Assembly: GCA_031082145.1 (NCBI GenBank)
Contig: JAVHLP010000005.1
Span: forward strand, 34,676-98,675
DNA length: 64,000 bases
Origin: a bacterium
GTDB lineage: Bacteria > Bacillota > Sulfobacillia > UBA995
Reading direction: 5' to 3'
Shown: positions 25,607 to 35,228 of the stretch, one piece after another
How the letters are laid out: each line of letters opens with the position of its first letter
Position numbering within the stretch: the first letter of the stretch is position 1
Made by a program: the position numbers and the translations under genes
Notes under the pieces: model-generated
Database searches by the model: none
Told to the model about the DNA's origin: nothing
Seen by the model: only the letters and a program-made list of their open reading frames with translations

Positions 25607-26524
25607 GTGCCGATTAACCTATCCCGTTACCGTGGCGCGCTGCTCGGGCTGGCGGCCGGGGATGCGCTGGGCACGACCCTGGAGTTCCAGCCGCCGGGTA
25701 GCTTCCCACCCCTCGAGGACATGGTGGGCGGCGGTCCCTCCGGCCTGTCGCCGGGCCAGTGGACGGATGATACCGCCATGGCCCTGTGCCTGGCCGAGAG
25801 TCTGATCGAGGCCGGCTTCGACCCGCGCGACCAACTGGAACGGTACTGCCGTTGGTTCAGGGAGGGCCATCTCAGCAGCACGGGCCACTGCTCAGACATC
25901 GGCCACACCACCCGCGAAGCCCTGATCCGCTTCGAGCGGAGCGGCCTGCTGGAGGCCCCGCCGGATCCCCGGAGGGCGGGGAACGGCTCTATCATGCGAC
26001 TGGCCCCGGTACCGCTCTTCTATGCTCGCCGGCCCCGCGAAGCGGTGGAGCGGGCCGCCGCGAGTTCGCGCACTACCCACGGAGCACCGGAAGCGGTGGA
26101 TGCCTGCCGCTACCTGGCCGCCCTGTTGGTGGGCGCTCTCGCCGGCGTCGGCCGCGATGAGCTGCTCGGGGACCGCTTCGATCCCGTCCCCGGTCTCTGG
26201 CGGGAGCAGCCCCTTGCTCCCCGTATCGAGGCCATCGCCCGCGGATGTTTTAAGAGCAAAGCTCCCCCTGCGATACGCGGCACCGGTTACGTGGCCGAAT
26301 GTCTGGAGGCGGCCCTGTGGGCCTTTAACCGGAGTTCATGCTTCCGCGACGGCGCCCTGCTGGCGGTCAACCTGGGGGATGACGCCGACACTACCGGGGC
26401 CGTCTACGGACAACTGGCCGGAGCCTTCTACGGGGAAGAGGCCATCCCCACCCGCTGGCGTGCGTTGCTGGCCCGCGCCGATCTCATCGGCTCGATGGCC
26501 GAGCGCCTCCACGCGCTGGCCTGA
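25607..26524 (+). CDS. ADP-ribosylglycohydrolase family protein
   Basis: GALLGLAAGDALGTTLEF...GQWTDDTAMALCLAESL...GDDADTTGAVYGQLAGAFYG motifs. Confidence 0.9.
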   Translation: MPINLSRYRGALLGLAAGDALGTTLEFQPPGSFPPLEDMVGGGPSGLSPGQWTDDTAMALCLAESLIEAGFDPRDQLERYCRWFREGHLSSTGHCSDIGHTTREALIRFERSGLLEAPPDPRRAGNGSIMRLAPVPLFYARRPREAVERAAASSRTTHGAPEAVDACRYLAALLVGALAGVGRDELLGDRFDPVPGLWREQPLAPRIEAIARGCFKSKAPPAIRGTGYVAECLEAALWAFNRSSCFRDGALLAVNLGDDADTTGAVYGQLAGAFYGEEAIPTRWRALLARADLIGSMAERLHALA

Positions 26525-26599
26525 CCTCTTCGACAGTCGTTCCCCCGTTTCACCGGAGGTCTAACCGACCCGCCGGCCGAACTGGTCCCGGCCCTGGGG

Positions 26600-28960
26600 G
26601 TGGACTGGTTGCCGGCCCTGCTGGTGCTCTCCTTGTCTTTCTTGAGCGGGGTGGTATGGGCCTCTCGCTGCTGTTCTTGCACTCCTTGGGGGTGGTTCCT
26701 GCCGGCTGTGGCGGGGGCCGTTCTGGGTGTCCTGGCCGCGGCCGGCCGGGGCGGCCGCCTGGCTCTTGCCTCCCTGGCCGCGGTGGTCGGACTGGCGGGA
26801 TGCTTGTACGGAGGGCTGCACTCCCGCCTGGCGCCAGGCCCCCTGGCTGCCTACGAGGACCGGGTGATCACCCTGGAAGCCATGGTGGCCCGGGATCCAG
26901 AACCCCATGGCAGGCAACTGGCGGTCGTGGCCCGGGCCACTGCCGTCCTGGGGGAGGGGGGCCGGACTCCTACCGGAGGGTTGGTCCGTTTCCAGACCGA
27001 GTTCACTCCTCTGGCTCCCGGGGATCGGCTTGTAGTGCGGGGGATCCTTCGCCGGCCCGCCCGGGCGGGGAATCCGGGCGAACTGGACTCCCGGCGGTAC
27101 CACGCCGCCCGGGGGGTGCACTGGTTTCTCTACCCCCGAGGGGGCTTCTTGGCGTTCGAGCCGGGAGGTCCCTCGTTCGCCCGTTGGCTGGCCGGGCTGC
27201 GAGAACGGCTTCGGAAGGGCCTCGGGACTCTCTTCACGCCCCCGATCGCCGCCTTCTACCGGACGGTGATCCTGGGCGATCCCTCCGCCGGCGAGGTTCC
27301 GGCGGAGTCCTTCCGCCGTGCCGGCGTGGCCCATCTGCTGGCCGTCTCCGGGCTGCACGTGGGCTTCGCTGCCGCCGGGGCGGCCACCTTAGCCCGGCAT
27401 CTCCGGCTGGGTCCGGTGGGGGCCAACCTCATGGTAACTCTGGTAACCGTCCTGTACGTCCTGCTGGCAGGGGCGAGGTCTTCGGCCGTCCGGGCGGGAC
27501 TCATGGCCATCGCTGCTACCTGGGCCGTACCCCTGGGCCGGCGTCACAATGCCCTGGCTGCGGTGGGCCTGGCGGCCCTGGTCATCGTCCTGGCCACCCC
27601 GGCCGCCGTGGACGATCCGGGCTTCCAGCTGTCTTTTGCTGCGACGCTGGGGCTCGTCGCTCTGACCGGCCCGCTGCGGGAGAGCCTGCCCCGCCGGTTG
27701 CCGGGGAGGCGGCTGGTGGCCCCGGCCACCGCCGCTCAACTAGCGGTCTTCCCCCTACTCCTCTATCACTACGGTGAAGTGGCTCCCCTGGCCCTGCTCG
27801 CCAACGTCGCCCTGGTTCCCGTGGCCGGTCTGGTCATCCCCATTGGCGCCGTTGGGGGCCTGATCGGCGACCTCCTGGGGCGGCCCTTGCTGATAGCATC
27901 GGCTCCCGCCGGGGTGCTGTTGGATGGCGTGAGCTTCTGCGCCGGGCTGCCTCCGGGGCCTGTCCGCCTGCCCCCACCCCCGATCGCGCTACTGGCCGGG
28001 TACTACCTCGGCCTGGCCGGGTTAGCCGCCGGCCGTAGACGCCTGGGCGTGCTGGTGATGACTATCCTGCTGATCTGGTGGGGCGCTCTGGCGGCACCGG
28101 TGAATCGCTTGGAGGTCACCTTCATCGATGTGGGACAGGGAGACGCGATCCTCATCCGAACACCCGCCGGCGTGACGGCTCTTGTGGACGGGGGTGGGGT
28201 CAGCCGGGGGGCCATCCAGGCCGGCGCACGGGATCCCGGGGAGAGGGTAACGGCCCTGCTGCGGAGGGAAGGGGTGAGACGGGTCGACTGCCTGTTACTC
28301 ACCCATCCCCACACCGACCACGCCGGGGGTCTGGTCGCGGTCGTTGGCGCTTTCCCGGTAGGGCTGCTGCTGGAAGGGGGACCCGCACCCGACGCTGCCG
28401 AGGAGTACCTGGACCTCTTGGCCGCGGTGGCAGAGGCGGGGATTCCCCGCCGGTTGGTGGGGGCGGGCGACCGGATCAGTCTGGGCCGGGGCCGGTCGGG
28501 CGAGGTGATCCTGGAATACTTGTGGCCCGGCCCGGCGGACCTTGGCCGCCCGGCCAACGACCGCTCGGTGGTGCTGGTTCTCCGCTACGGTCAGACCGCT
28601 CTGCTGTTGACCGGCGACGCCGGGATCGAGGTTGAGCGGGCGCTGCTGGCCGCGGGGGTGGACCTCCAAGCAGGCCTGCTCAAGGTCGGTCACCACGGCA
28701 GCGAGGGGGGGACTTCGCGGGAGTTCCTGGCCGCCGTGGGGGCGGTCCATGCCGTCATCTCTTGCGGCAAGTACAATCCCTTCGGGCACCCATCGCCGGG
28801 AGTGCTGGCGCGTCTGGAGGAAGCCGGGGCGGCGGTGTGGCGAACCGACTCCCACGGCGCCGTCCGGGTGGCCAGCGACGGGCGCCGGATGACGATCCGG
28901 GCCACCCTGGCGCCGGAGACCCGGGCGGTCGGCGCCCGGCCGGGGCTGGGCTGCCGCTGA
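26600..28960 (+). CDS. comEC: DNA internalization competence protein ComEC/Rec2
   Basis: Competence integral-membrane domain (AHLLAVSGLHVG) plus a C-terminal metallo-beta-lactamase domain (FIDVGQGDAILI...THPHTDHAGG). Confidence 0.92.
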   Translation: MDWLPALLVLSLSFLSGVVWASRCCSCTPWGWFLPAVAGAVLGVLAAAGRGGRLALASLAAVVGLAGCLYGGLHSRLAPGPLAAYEDRVITLEAMVARDPEPHGRQLAVVARATAVLGEGGRTPTGGLVRFQTEFTPLAPGDRLVVRGILRRPARAGNPGELDSRRYHAARGVHWFLYPRGGFLAFEPGGPSFARWLAGLRERLRKGLGTLFTPPIAAFYRTVILGDPSAGEVPAESFRRAGVAHLLAVSGLHVGFAAAGAATLARHLRLGPVGANLMVTLVTVLYVLLAGARSSAVRAGLMAIAATWAVPLGRRHNALAAVGLAALVIVLATPAAVDDPGFQLSFAATLGLVALTGPLRESLPRRLPGRRLVAPATAAQLAVFPLLLYHYGEVAPLALLANVALVPVAGLVIPIGAVGGLIGDLLGRPLLIASAPAGVLLDGVSFCAGLPPGPVRLPPPPIALLAGYYLGLAGLAAGRRRLGVLVMTILLIWWGALAAPVNRLEVTFIDVGQGDAILIRTPAGVTALVDGGGVSRGAIQAGARDPGERVTALLRREGVRRVDCLLLTHPHTDHAGGLVAVVGAFPVGLLLEGGPAPDAAEEYLDLLAAVAEAGIPRRLVGAGDRISLGRGRSGEVILEYLWPGPADLGRPANDRSVVLVLRYGQTALLLTGDAGIEVERALLAAGVDLQAGLLKVGHHGSEGGTSREFLAAVGAVHAVISCGKYNPFGHPSPGVLARLEEAGAAVWRTDSHGAVRVASDGRRMTIRATLAPETRAVGARPGLGCR

Positions 28961-29000
28961 CTCCCGATCACGACGGCACCGACCGGTTCCGGCAGGTGTC

Positions 29001-29534
29001 TCAGTAGTTGTCGGCCCTCGGCTCGTAGAAAGCCTGCGGATGGTCGCAGGCAGGGCAAGTTGCCGGCGGCTGCATGCCCTCGCGCACGTAACCGCAGTTC
29101 CTGCAGTGCCAGGTGATGGGTTGGTCCCGCTTGAACACGGTGCCGGTTTCAACCCGCTCCAGGAGGCGCCGGTAGCGGATCTCGTGTTGCTCTTCGACGT
29201 CGGCTACCTCCCGGAAGCGACGGGCGATCTCACCGAAGCCTTCCTCATCCGCCGTCTTCGCGAAATCGCGATACATCTGACTCCACTCGTGATGCTCGCC
29301 GGCTGCGGCAGCCAGCAGATTGGCCCTGGTGTCGCCCATGAGGCCGAGATAGCGAGCCCAGAGCTTCGCGTGCTCCTTCTCGTTGTCCGCCGTCTCCAGG
29401 AAGACGCCCATGATTTGCTGGTATCCCTCGGTCCGGGCGACGCCGGCGAAGTAGGTGTACAAGTTGCGCGCCTGCGACTCGCCCGCCAGGGCGGCTCTCA
29501 GGTTCTCCTCGGTGCGGGTCCCCTTCAGTTTCAC
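29001..29534 (-). CDS. rbr: Rubrerythrin
   Basis: Diiron four-helix motifs ([17 protein letters not shown]) and a C-terminal rubredoxin-like CRNCG...CPAC. Confidence 0.93.
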   Translation of the reverse strand: MKLKGTRTEENLRAALAGESQARNLYTYFAGVARTEGYQQIMGVFLETADNEKEHAKLWARYLGLMGDTRANLLAAAAGEHHEWSQMYRDFAKTADEEGFGEIARRFREVADVEEQHEIRYRRLLERVETGTVFKRDQPITWHCRNCGYVREGMQPPATCPACDHPQAFYEPRADNY

Positions 29535-29548
29535 TGCCGGTCACCTCC

Positions 29549-30319
29549 TCACCAGGAGCATTCTACCACGGGCAGCGGGTTCCTCTCATCGCCCCGCTGG
29601 CGGGCGATCACCCTGGCCACCGACAGCCAGTGACCGCCGTCTTCCAGCACAGCCTGCCGGGCTACCCGCCCGGCTTCATCTGAGGGTTCCTCCCCGGCCT
29701 TCCGGCGGCGCCAGTTCGAGTAGCCGTCCTCCAGATGCTCGGCCAGCACAATGGCCAGGCCTGCCCCGGCCAGGCGGGCCGCCGTCCATTCCGGCGGCTT
29801 GAACAGGTCCCAGCGGTCGTGGGCCAGGACGGGTAGGATGTGGGCGGGAACCTCGGCGACGCGAGCGGCAGGCGAGCAGATGCCCAGGACGCCGCCGGGC
29901 TTGAGCACCCGCGCCACTTCCCGGCAGGCGGTGGCGTCACCGGCCAGGTAGTGAAAAGCACAGTAGCTGAAGACGGCGTCGAAACTGCCCTCGGCGAACG
30001 GCAGCCGCTGTGCCTCCGCCACCACCGGAAGTACCCGGTCATCGACGCCGTGCTCTCGAGCCCGAGCGAGGATAGCCTCCAGGGGAAAATGCTGCGGCCA
30101 GGCCTCAGCGGCGACCACCCGGCAGGCGTATTCCTTGGCGATGAAGACGGCGGTGAGCCCTGGACCCGCTCCCAGGTCCAGCACCAGCCCACCGGGGGGC
30201 AGACCCATCCGGTCGAGGAGATCCTCGGCCCATCGCAAGCCCTCGGGGCAACCCCCCCAGAGAGCTTCCGGGTCCGGGGAATAGCGATCAGCCCTGGCCA
30301 TCGCCACCGGCTCCGGCAA
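29549..30319 (-). CDS. Class I SAM-dependent methyltransferase
   Basis: VLDLGAGPGLTAVFIA motif I and VLKPGGVL. Confidence 0.85.
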   Translation of the reverse strand: MPEPVAMARADRYSPDPEALWGGCPEGLRWAEDLLDRMGLPPGGLVLDLGAGPGLTAVFIAKEYACRVVAAEAWPQHFPLEAILARAREHGVDDRVLPVVAEAQRLPFAEGSFDAVFSYCAFHYLAGDATACREVARVLKPGGVLGICSPAARVAEVPAHILPVLAHDRWDLFKPPEWTAARLAGAGLAIVLAEHLEDGYSNWRRRKAGEEPSDEAGRVARQAVLEDGGHWLSVARVIARQRGDERNPLPVVECSW

Positions 30320-31082
30320 GGGCGGGCAGGCCGGCCAGAATGGCCGCTGCCGCCCGTCGCATGGCCTCCCGGAGCCCGGCGGTGCCGAAGGCGGGGTTCC
30401 ACTCCCGCCAGAGTTCGTCGCTGACTACCAGCAGGTTGGCTACGGGCACGCCGTGGAACTGGCCCAGAGCGTACATGGCGGAGGTCTCCATGTCGACGCC
30501 CAGGACCGCTTCCGCCCGGTACTTCTCGATCTTCCAGACGAACTCGCGATAAGGGGCGTCGGTGGTCCAGTGCCGCCCGGAATGGGTCTCGAGGCCGGCC
30601 CGGGCCGCGGCGGCCTCAATAGCAGCCATCAAGGCGGCGTCCGGTCTGACCTCAACGTCAAGGGGCAGGTAGTGGGGGGAGGTCCCTTCTTCCCGAATGC
30701 AGGATCCCGGCAGCAGGAATGAGCCCACGGGAGCTCTCTCCTGGAGGCTCCCGGCCAGGCCCAGACCCACCAGCCGCCGGGCGCCGACGGCCATCAACTC
30801 CTCGAGATAGGCCACGGTGCCCGGGGCTCCAACGGGCAGGCTGGCGAAGCCGACGGGGATGCCGTCGATCACCGCCCGGTAGAGGTCGAAGTTCCGGTGC
30901 CGGTACAACCAGTGCTCACAGACGGTGGCGCCTGCTTCTCCGGCCAGGTGATCGACCAGGTCGGGAAACCAACTGACGACTACCGTGGGGGCAACTCCCA
31001 GATCCTCCCGGGTGAGGCCGTGCCGGGCCAGGCGGTAGTCCAGGAACATGTCGGGGGTGAAGCGGACGTCCACCGGGATCAC
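30288..31082 (-). CDS. Nucleoside phosphorylase (PNP/UDP family 1)
   Basis: GLGLAGSL and GVDMETSAMYAL motifs. Its 3' end overlaps the methyltransferase start by 32 nt. Confidence 0.8.
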   Translation of the reverse strand: MIPVDVRFTPDMFLDYRLARHGLTREDLGVAPTVVVSWFPDLVDHLAGEAGATVCEHWLYRHRNFDLYRAVIDGIPVGFASLPVGAPGTVAYLEELMAVGARRLVGLGLAGSLQERAPVGSFLLPGSCIREEGTSPHYLPLDVEVRPDAALMAAIEAAAARAGLETHSGRHWTTDAPYREFVWKIEKYRAEAVLGVDMETSAMYALGQFHGVPVANLLVVSDELWREWNPAFGTAGLREAMRRAAAAILAGLPALAGAGGDGQG

Positions 31083-31136
31083 CTCGCGGGCGGGTATTCC
31101 GGTCTCCCCCCGGCTTCTCCTCCCGGGTCGCCTTCG

Positions 31137-32453
31137 CTAGGGGGAAAGGGCCAGGAGCTCGGTGAGCGTAACCGGTTCCAGCCCGGCGGCCCGGAGGCCG
31201 TCGATGATGGCGGGCAGCGCCTCAACGGTGGCCGCACGGGTCATATGCAGGACCACCACCGCGCCGGGGTGGGCCCGGGTGAGCACGTTCCGGGCGATCC
31301 GCTCCGGAGTGGCATCGCTGGCGGCGTCGCCGCCGTGCACGGACCAGAGTACGGTGGTCAGGCCCAGATCGGCCGCCACGGCCCGGCTGAACGCATCGTG
31401 GTAGCCGCCGGGCGGCCGGAAGAAGGGGGCGGGCAGACCGGCGTGATCGCGAATGGTGAGGTCGGCGGCCAAGATCTCCGCCCGGAGGCGGTCTTCCGTG
31501 AAGGCGAAGGGGTGCTGGTGGCTCCAGGAGTGGTTGGCCAGTTCGGAACCGCCGGCCAGGATGCGGCTGGCCAGCTCGGGGTATTGCTCCATACCGCTCC
31601 CGATCACGAAGAAGGTGGCCCGAGCATGGCGCTGTTCCAGAATGTCAAGTAACCCGGCGGTGACCGGCAGCAGGTAGTCGTCGAAGGTGATCGCGACCCG
31701 GCCCGGCCGCCCCGGCACGTGACGGAGAGGGTGCGGGGCGGACGGCAACGCGGAACCCGGGCCGGGCCTGACCTCCACCTGGAGGCCCCGGCTGCCGGCC
31801 ACCGGTAGCATCGCCTCGAGTTCGACCAGGACCCTGCCTTCCAGCAGATAGGCGGGCAGGCGGTGGTAGTTGACTTCGATTTCCTGGTCCGGCGCTCGGA
31901 GGCGGAAGATGGCGCCCAGGACCAGGGCCAGGGGCTCGGCGGGGACGAGGGACCGGCCGTCGGTGGTGATCACTGCCTGGCGGCTGAGGCGGCGCCCGTC
32001 CACCCAGAGCTCAGCCGGGTGTACGGTGGCCGGATCGAGGACGACACCGGCGGGAGGGTCGGGGCCGATCAGCAGGGAACCGCCTTCGCGGCGGGAGGGT
32101 GGCAGGCCCAGCAGTGTCTCCAGTTCAGGCAGAGGCACGTAGTCATCGCCGAAGACACTCCTGGTCGAGACCCGCATCGTCTCGCCGTCCCGGGCGAGTA
32201 GCAGATCGTCCAGGCCCTTCTCCCAGTGCACGATCCAGCCCAGACTCGTGGCGACCGGCCGCAGGGGAACGACCGTCTGATCACCCCAGCGGTGAGCGCG
32301 ACCGATGTTCATGCCGATCACCAGTACTTCGAACGGAGCCCCGTAAGCGGCCCGTTCTCGCCGGTTATTGGACTCGATCTCGATCTGAGCCTGCAGGCGC
32401 CAGAACTGACCCCGGGGAAAGCTCACGACGGCCGCCAGAACGGCCAGGGACAA
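31137..32453 (-). CDS. Polysaccharide deacetylase (NodB domain) with N-terminal copper-amine-oxidase-like stalk repeats
   Basis: VAITFDD...ATFFVIG...ELANHSWSHQHP NodB motifs. N-terminal VPLRPVATSLGW repeats. Confidence 0.85.
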   Translation of the reverse strand: MSLAVLAAVVSFPRGQFWRLQAQIEIESNNRRERAAYGAPFEVLVIGMNIGRAHRWGDQTVVPLRPVATSLGWIVHWEKGLDDLLLARDGETMRVSTRSVFGDDYVPLPELETLLGLPPSRREGGSLLIGPDPPAGVVLDPATVHPAELWVDGRRLSRQAVITTDGRSLVPAEPLALVLGAIFRLRAPDQEIEVNYHRLPAYLLEGRVLVELEAMLPVAGSRGLQVEVRPGPGSALPSAPHPLRHVPGRPGRVAITFDDYLLPVTAGLLDILEQRHARATFFVIGSGMEQYPELASRILAGGSELANHSWSHQHPFAFTEDRLRAEILAADLTIRDHAGLPAPFFRPPGGYHDAFSRAVAADLGLTTVLWSVHGGDAASDATPERIARNVLTRAHPGAVVVLHMTRAATVEALPAIIDGLRAAGLEPVTLTELLALSP

Positions 32454-32604
32454 GACAACGGCGAGGCTGCGGCGGCGCAGAGGCGGACCTCCTCCATAAA
32501 CTGGCCTTATGCAGGGAATTCGCGCTGGTCGACACTGTTCCTGCCGGTAAGCGGGGCAGGGAAAGCTTGGTGCCGTCGAGAAGATTGTTCGCGGAGGTGT
32601 CCAC

Positions 32605-33675
32605 TTGGAGCCTGAGCCCTACTTGCGGCTGCCCCGGCGGCGAGCGAGGCGCCGGCCCTTCCGCCGCCCCCCGCGGTGGCTGCTGCCGCTTGGGCTCATG
32701 CTGGTTCTGGTGCTGGCCGGGCTGGCGGCCGGCTTCCAACTGCGCTCACGGTTGGTGCGCCTGCACGCGGTACCAGCCGGTTCGGGCTGGGAGTATCTCG
32801 GCTTCAGGGACCGTGCGATCCTCCTGGTCAAGGCCCACCGCCGGGACCCTGTGCTTTTCTGCGTTGTCGAGGACGGCTTGGCCCGGAGTTCCGACGGCGG
32901 TTGGAGCTGGGACGAAGTGCCATGGCCGCCCGGGTTCGCGCGCCCCAGCGCCTTGGCGGTCGGAACCCAGGATCCGGAGCTACTGCTGCTGGGTACGGAG
33001 AGCGGCCTTGTCTACCGCTCGGAGGATGGGGGGCGGACCTGGGCGGAGGTGTTGGCGGGCGGGGGAGGCCGGGTTGAACTGGCAGCTTTCGACGTTCAGC
33101 GATCGCGGGAAGCGTTGCTGGTGACCGCCGGTCGCGACGGGGGACTATGGCGGTCAGCTGACTACGGCCGGACCTGGAGTCGGGTTGCCGCGGGGCCCCT
33201 GGTTACGGCCGGATTCCACCCCCGGGAGGGGCAAGTGCTTTACGCGGCGGCGCCGGCCCGGGTGAGCCGCAGCAACGACGGGGGAAAGAGCTGGGCCCAC
33301 CGGGATCTGGCGGGAGTCCGCTTCCTGGTTGCCGGCAGCGCGGACGCCCCGGCCTTGCGGCTGGGGATAGCCGACCGGCTACTCTCTTTGGCGACCTGGG
33401 ATGGCCCCGCCGATACGTCCGCCTTGCCCGGCGAGCCTACTGCGCTGATCGCCCATCCCACCGACTGCAACCTGCTGTACCTGGGCACGGCCGTTGGCGT
33501 GTGGCGGTCGGCGGACGGGGGCGCCAGCTGGATTCTCTATAGCGAGGGGCTGGGCCGGCGAGCGATCACCGGGCTCTGTCTGGGCCCGGAAGGGCGCACC
33601 TTGTACGTGGGCACAGCGGGCGCGGGCTTGTGGCGTTATTCCCCTGCCGGTCCCGGCGAAGGGATGCTGCCATGA
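32605..33675 (+). CDS. Membrane-anchored BNR/Asp-box repeat beta-propeller protein
   Basis: Five S-x-D-G-G-x-(T/S)-W Asp boxes (SSDGGWSW, SEDGGRTW, SADYGRTW, SNDGGKSW, SADGGASW) after an Arg-rich N-terminus and a TM segment. Confidence 0.8.
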   Translation: MEPEPYLRLPRRRARRRPFRRPPRWLLPLGLMLVLVLAGLAAGFQLRSRLVRLHAVPAGSGWEYLGFRDRAILLVKAHRRDPVLFCVVEDGLARSSDGGWSWDEVPWPPGFARPSALAVGTQDPELLLLGTESGLVYRSEDGGRTWAEVLAGGGGRVELAAFDVQRSREALLVTAGRDGGLWRSADYGRTWSRVAAGPLVTAGFHPREGQVLYAAAPARVSRSNDGGKSWAHRDLAGVRFLVAGSADAPALRLGIADRLLSLATWDGPADTSALPGEPTALIAHPTDCNLLYLGTAVGVWRSADGGASWILYSEGLGRRAITGLCLGPEGRTLYVGTAGAGLWRYSPAGPGEGMLP

Positions 33676-34736
33676 GCAGGGGCAGGTCCGTCGGGGGGCG
33701 TTCGTACCGCGAAGCCCGGGAGGAGATCGGGGCCGGCCGGCTCCGCCCGGTCTATTTGCTTCAGGGGACCGACGCCCGCCTGCGGGAAGACCTCCTCCAG
33801 GAATTGGGTCGGTCCTGCCTCCAGCCGGGAATGGAGGCCTTCAACTACCTCCTGCTCGACGGCGATGCGGCGGAGCCCCACGAGGTGGCGGGACACCTTC
33901 AGACCGCTCCCGTTCTGGGTGGCCGGCGGCTGGTCGTGGTCCGCGACCTTCACTGGTTTGATGCCCCGCGGGCGATGGCCGCCGATCCGCCCGGCGACGC
34001 CGAGGCCGCCTGGCTCACGGTGGTCCGGCAGGCCGCGGGTTCGCCCGCCGTTCTGGTCTTCACGCTGGGGCGGGCCGCCGACGGGCGCCGGCGGCTCTAC
34101 CGTGAGATCGCTTCCCAGGGAGGAGTGGTCAACTGCTCTGCTCTGCCCGAGGCGGACATAGTACGCTGGCTGCGCCGGAAGGCCAAGGAGAACGGCAAGG
34201 ACTTGCCTCCCGAGGCGGCCGAGGCCTTACTGGCGGTGGCCGGCACCGATCTCAACCGCCTCTGCCACGAACTGGAGAAGGCGGTGGCTTACGCCGGCGA
34301 CGAGGGGTCGCTCACCCTGGAGCACCTGCGAGCGGTGGTCACCGGGAACACTTCGTGGGGCGTCTTCGACCTCACCGATGCCGTGGCTGAGAGGCAGTTG
34401 AGCCGGGCCCTGGCCATCGCCCGCGACCTCGTGACCGGGGGCGAGCCACCGGCCCTCCTGATCTCCCTGCTCGGCCGGCAGATCCGCATGCTTCTGGCCG
34501 CCCGGGCGCTGCGCGACCGGGGGGCCGGTCAGGAGCGGGTCGCCTCGGAGTTGGGAGTCCCGCCGTGGGTAGCCCGGAAGTACCTCCAGCAAGCCGCCGG
34601 CTTCCGCCAGGACGAACTGGAGGAAGCCATCGAAGCCCTTGTAGAAGCCGACCTGGCCCTGAAGTCCGGGCGGCGCGACGGTGGTCTGGCCGTTGAACTG
34701 CTGGTGGCCGGATTGACTGCGAAGGGAAGGCTCTAG
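33672..34736 (+). CDS. holA: DNA polymerase III delta subunit
   Basis: Delta-subunit N-terminus (RPVYLLQG.D) in the comEC-holA-rpsT context. ATG 33672 forms an ATGA overlap with the upstream gene. Confidence 0.85.
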   Translation: MSRGRSVGGRSYREAREEIGAGRLRPVYLLQGTDARLREDLLQELGRSCLQPGMEAFNYLLLDGDAAEPHEVAGHLQTAPVLGGRRLVVVRDLHWFDAPRAMAADPPGDAEAAWLTVVRQAAGSPAVLVFTLGRAADGRRRLYREIASQGGVVNCSALPEADIVRWLRRKAKENGKDLPPEAAEALLAVAGTDLNRLCHELEKAVAYAGDEGSLTLEHLRAVVTGNTSWGVFDLTDAVAERQLSRALAIARDLVTGGEPPALLISLLGRQIRMLLAARALRDRGAGQERVASELGVPPWVARKYLQQAAGFRQDELEEAIEALVEADLALKSGRRDGGLAVELLVAGLTAKGRL

Positions 34737-35071
34737 CCGCCGGTGCCGACCCGCTTGCGCGAAGGCCGCTTCCCTGCCGGGGGCTCGGCGGAAGCCGGCT
34801 CGGGCTCCGGCTCGACGGATCTCAGCGCCATCTGCGCCGCCAACCGCGACTTGCGGCGGGCTGCGGCGTTGGGGTGAATAACCCCTTTGGCGGCGGCCCG
34901 GTCCAACTGGCTGAACGCTTGCCGCAGGGCGGGTTCTGCCTGACCCGCATCCTCCTTGGTGATTCCCAGGAAACGGCGGATTGCCGTCTTCACCCGGGCC
35001 TTGACCGTACGGTTGCGTTCGGTGCGCGTGCGGGCCTGGCGCGCACGCTTGACAGAGGTTGCCTTTACCAG
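34733..35071 (-). CDS. rpsT: 30S ribosomal protein S20 (apparent CUG start)
   Basis: The conserved S20 N-terminus VKRARQARTRTERNRTVKARVKTAIRRF lies upstream of the first canonical start (GTG 34993). CTG 35071 lies 7 nt after GGAGGTG, and an in-frame TGA lies two codons upstream. Confidence 0.85.
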   Translation of the reverse strand: MVKATSVKRARQARTRTERNRTVKARVKTAIRRFLGITKEDAGQAEPALRQAFSQLDRAAAKGVIHPNAAARRKSRLAAQMALRSVEPEPEPASAEPPAGKRPSRKRVGTGG

Positions 35072-35108
35072 CGGTAGTCACCTCCGGTGGGCTAAGAACA
35101 CCCAGCCC

Positions 35109-35137
35109 ATTCTACCATGACCAGGCTGGCTTGGCAA
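35109..35137 (-). promoter_or_regulatory. Candidate sigma-A promoter of rpsT (TTGCCA-17-TAGAAT)
   Basis: On the minus strand, -35 TTGCCA lies at 35137-35132 and -10 TAGAAT at 35114-35109, preceded by TGg. Confidence 0.55.
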
Positions 35138-35228
35138 AAGGCCGTTTGCCGGGGAGCCAAGTGCATAAACAGAAGAGGGCTAGGGACAGCCTACCATCCG
35201 CGAGATTCCTCTCTCAGGAGGTGTCACC

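Noticed and set aside
26656-27777. 373-aa alternative-frame ORF inside comEC, together with the 265-aa antisense ORF 26561-27358.
   Set aside because: Their composition is Gly/Arg/Pro-rich. The comEC frame carries the recognised competence and beta-lactamase motifs.
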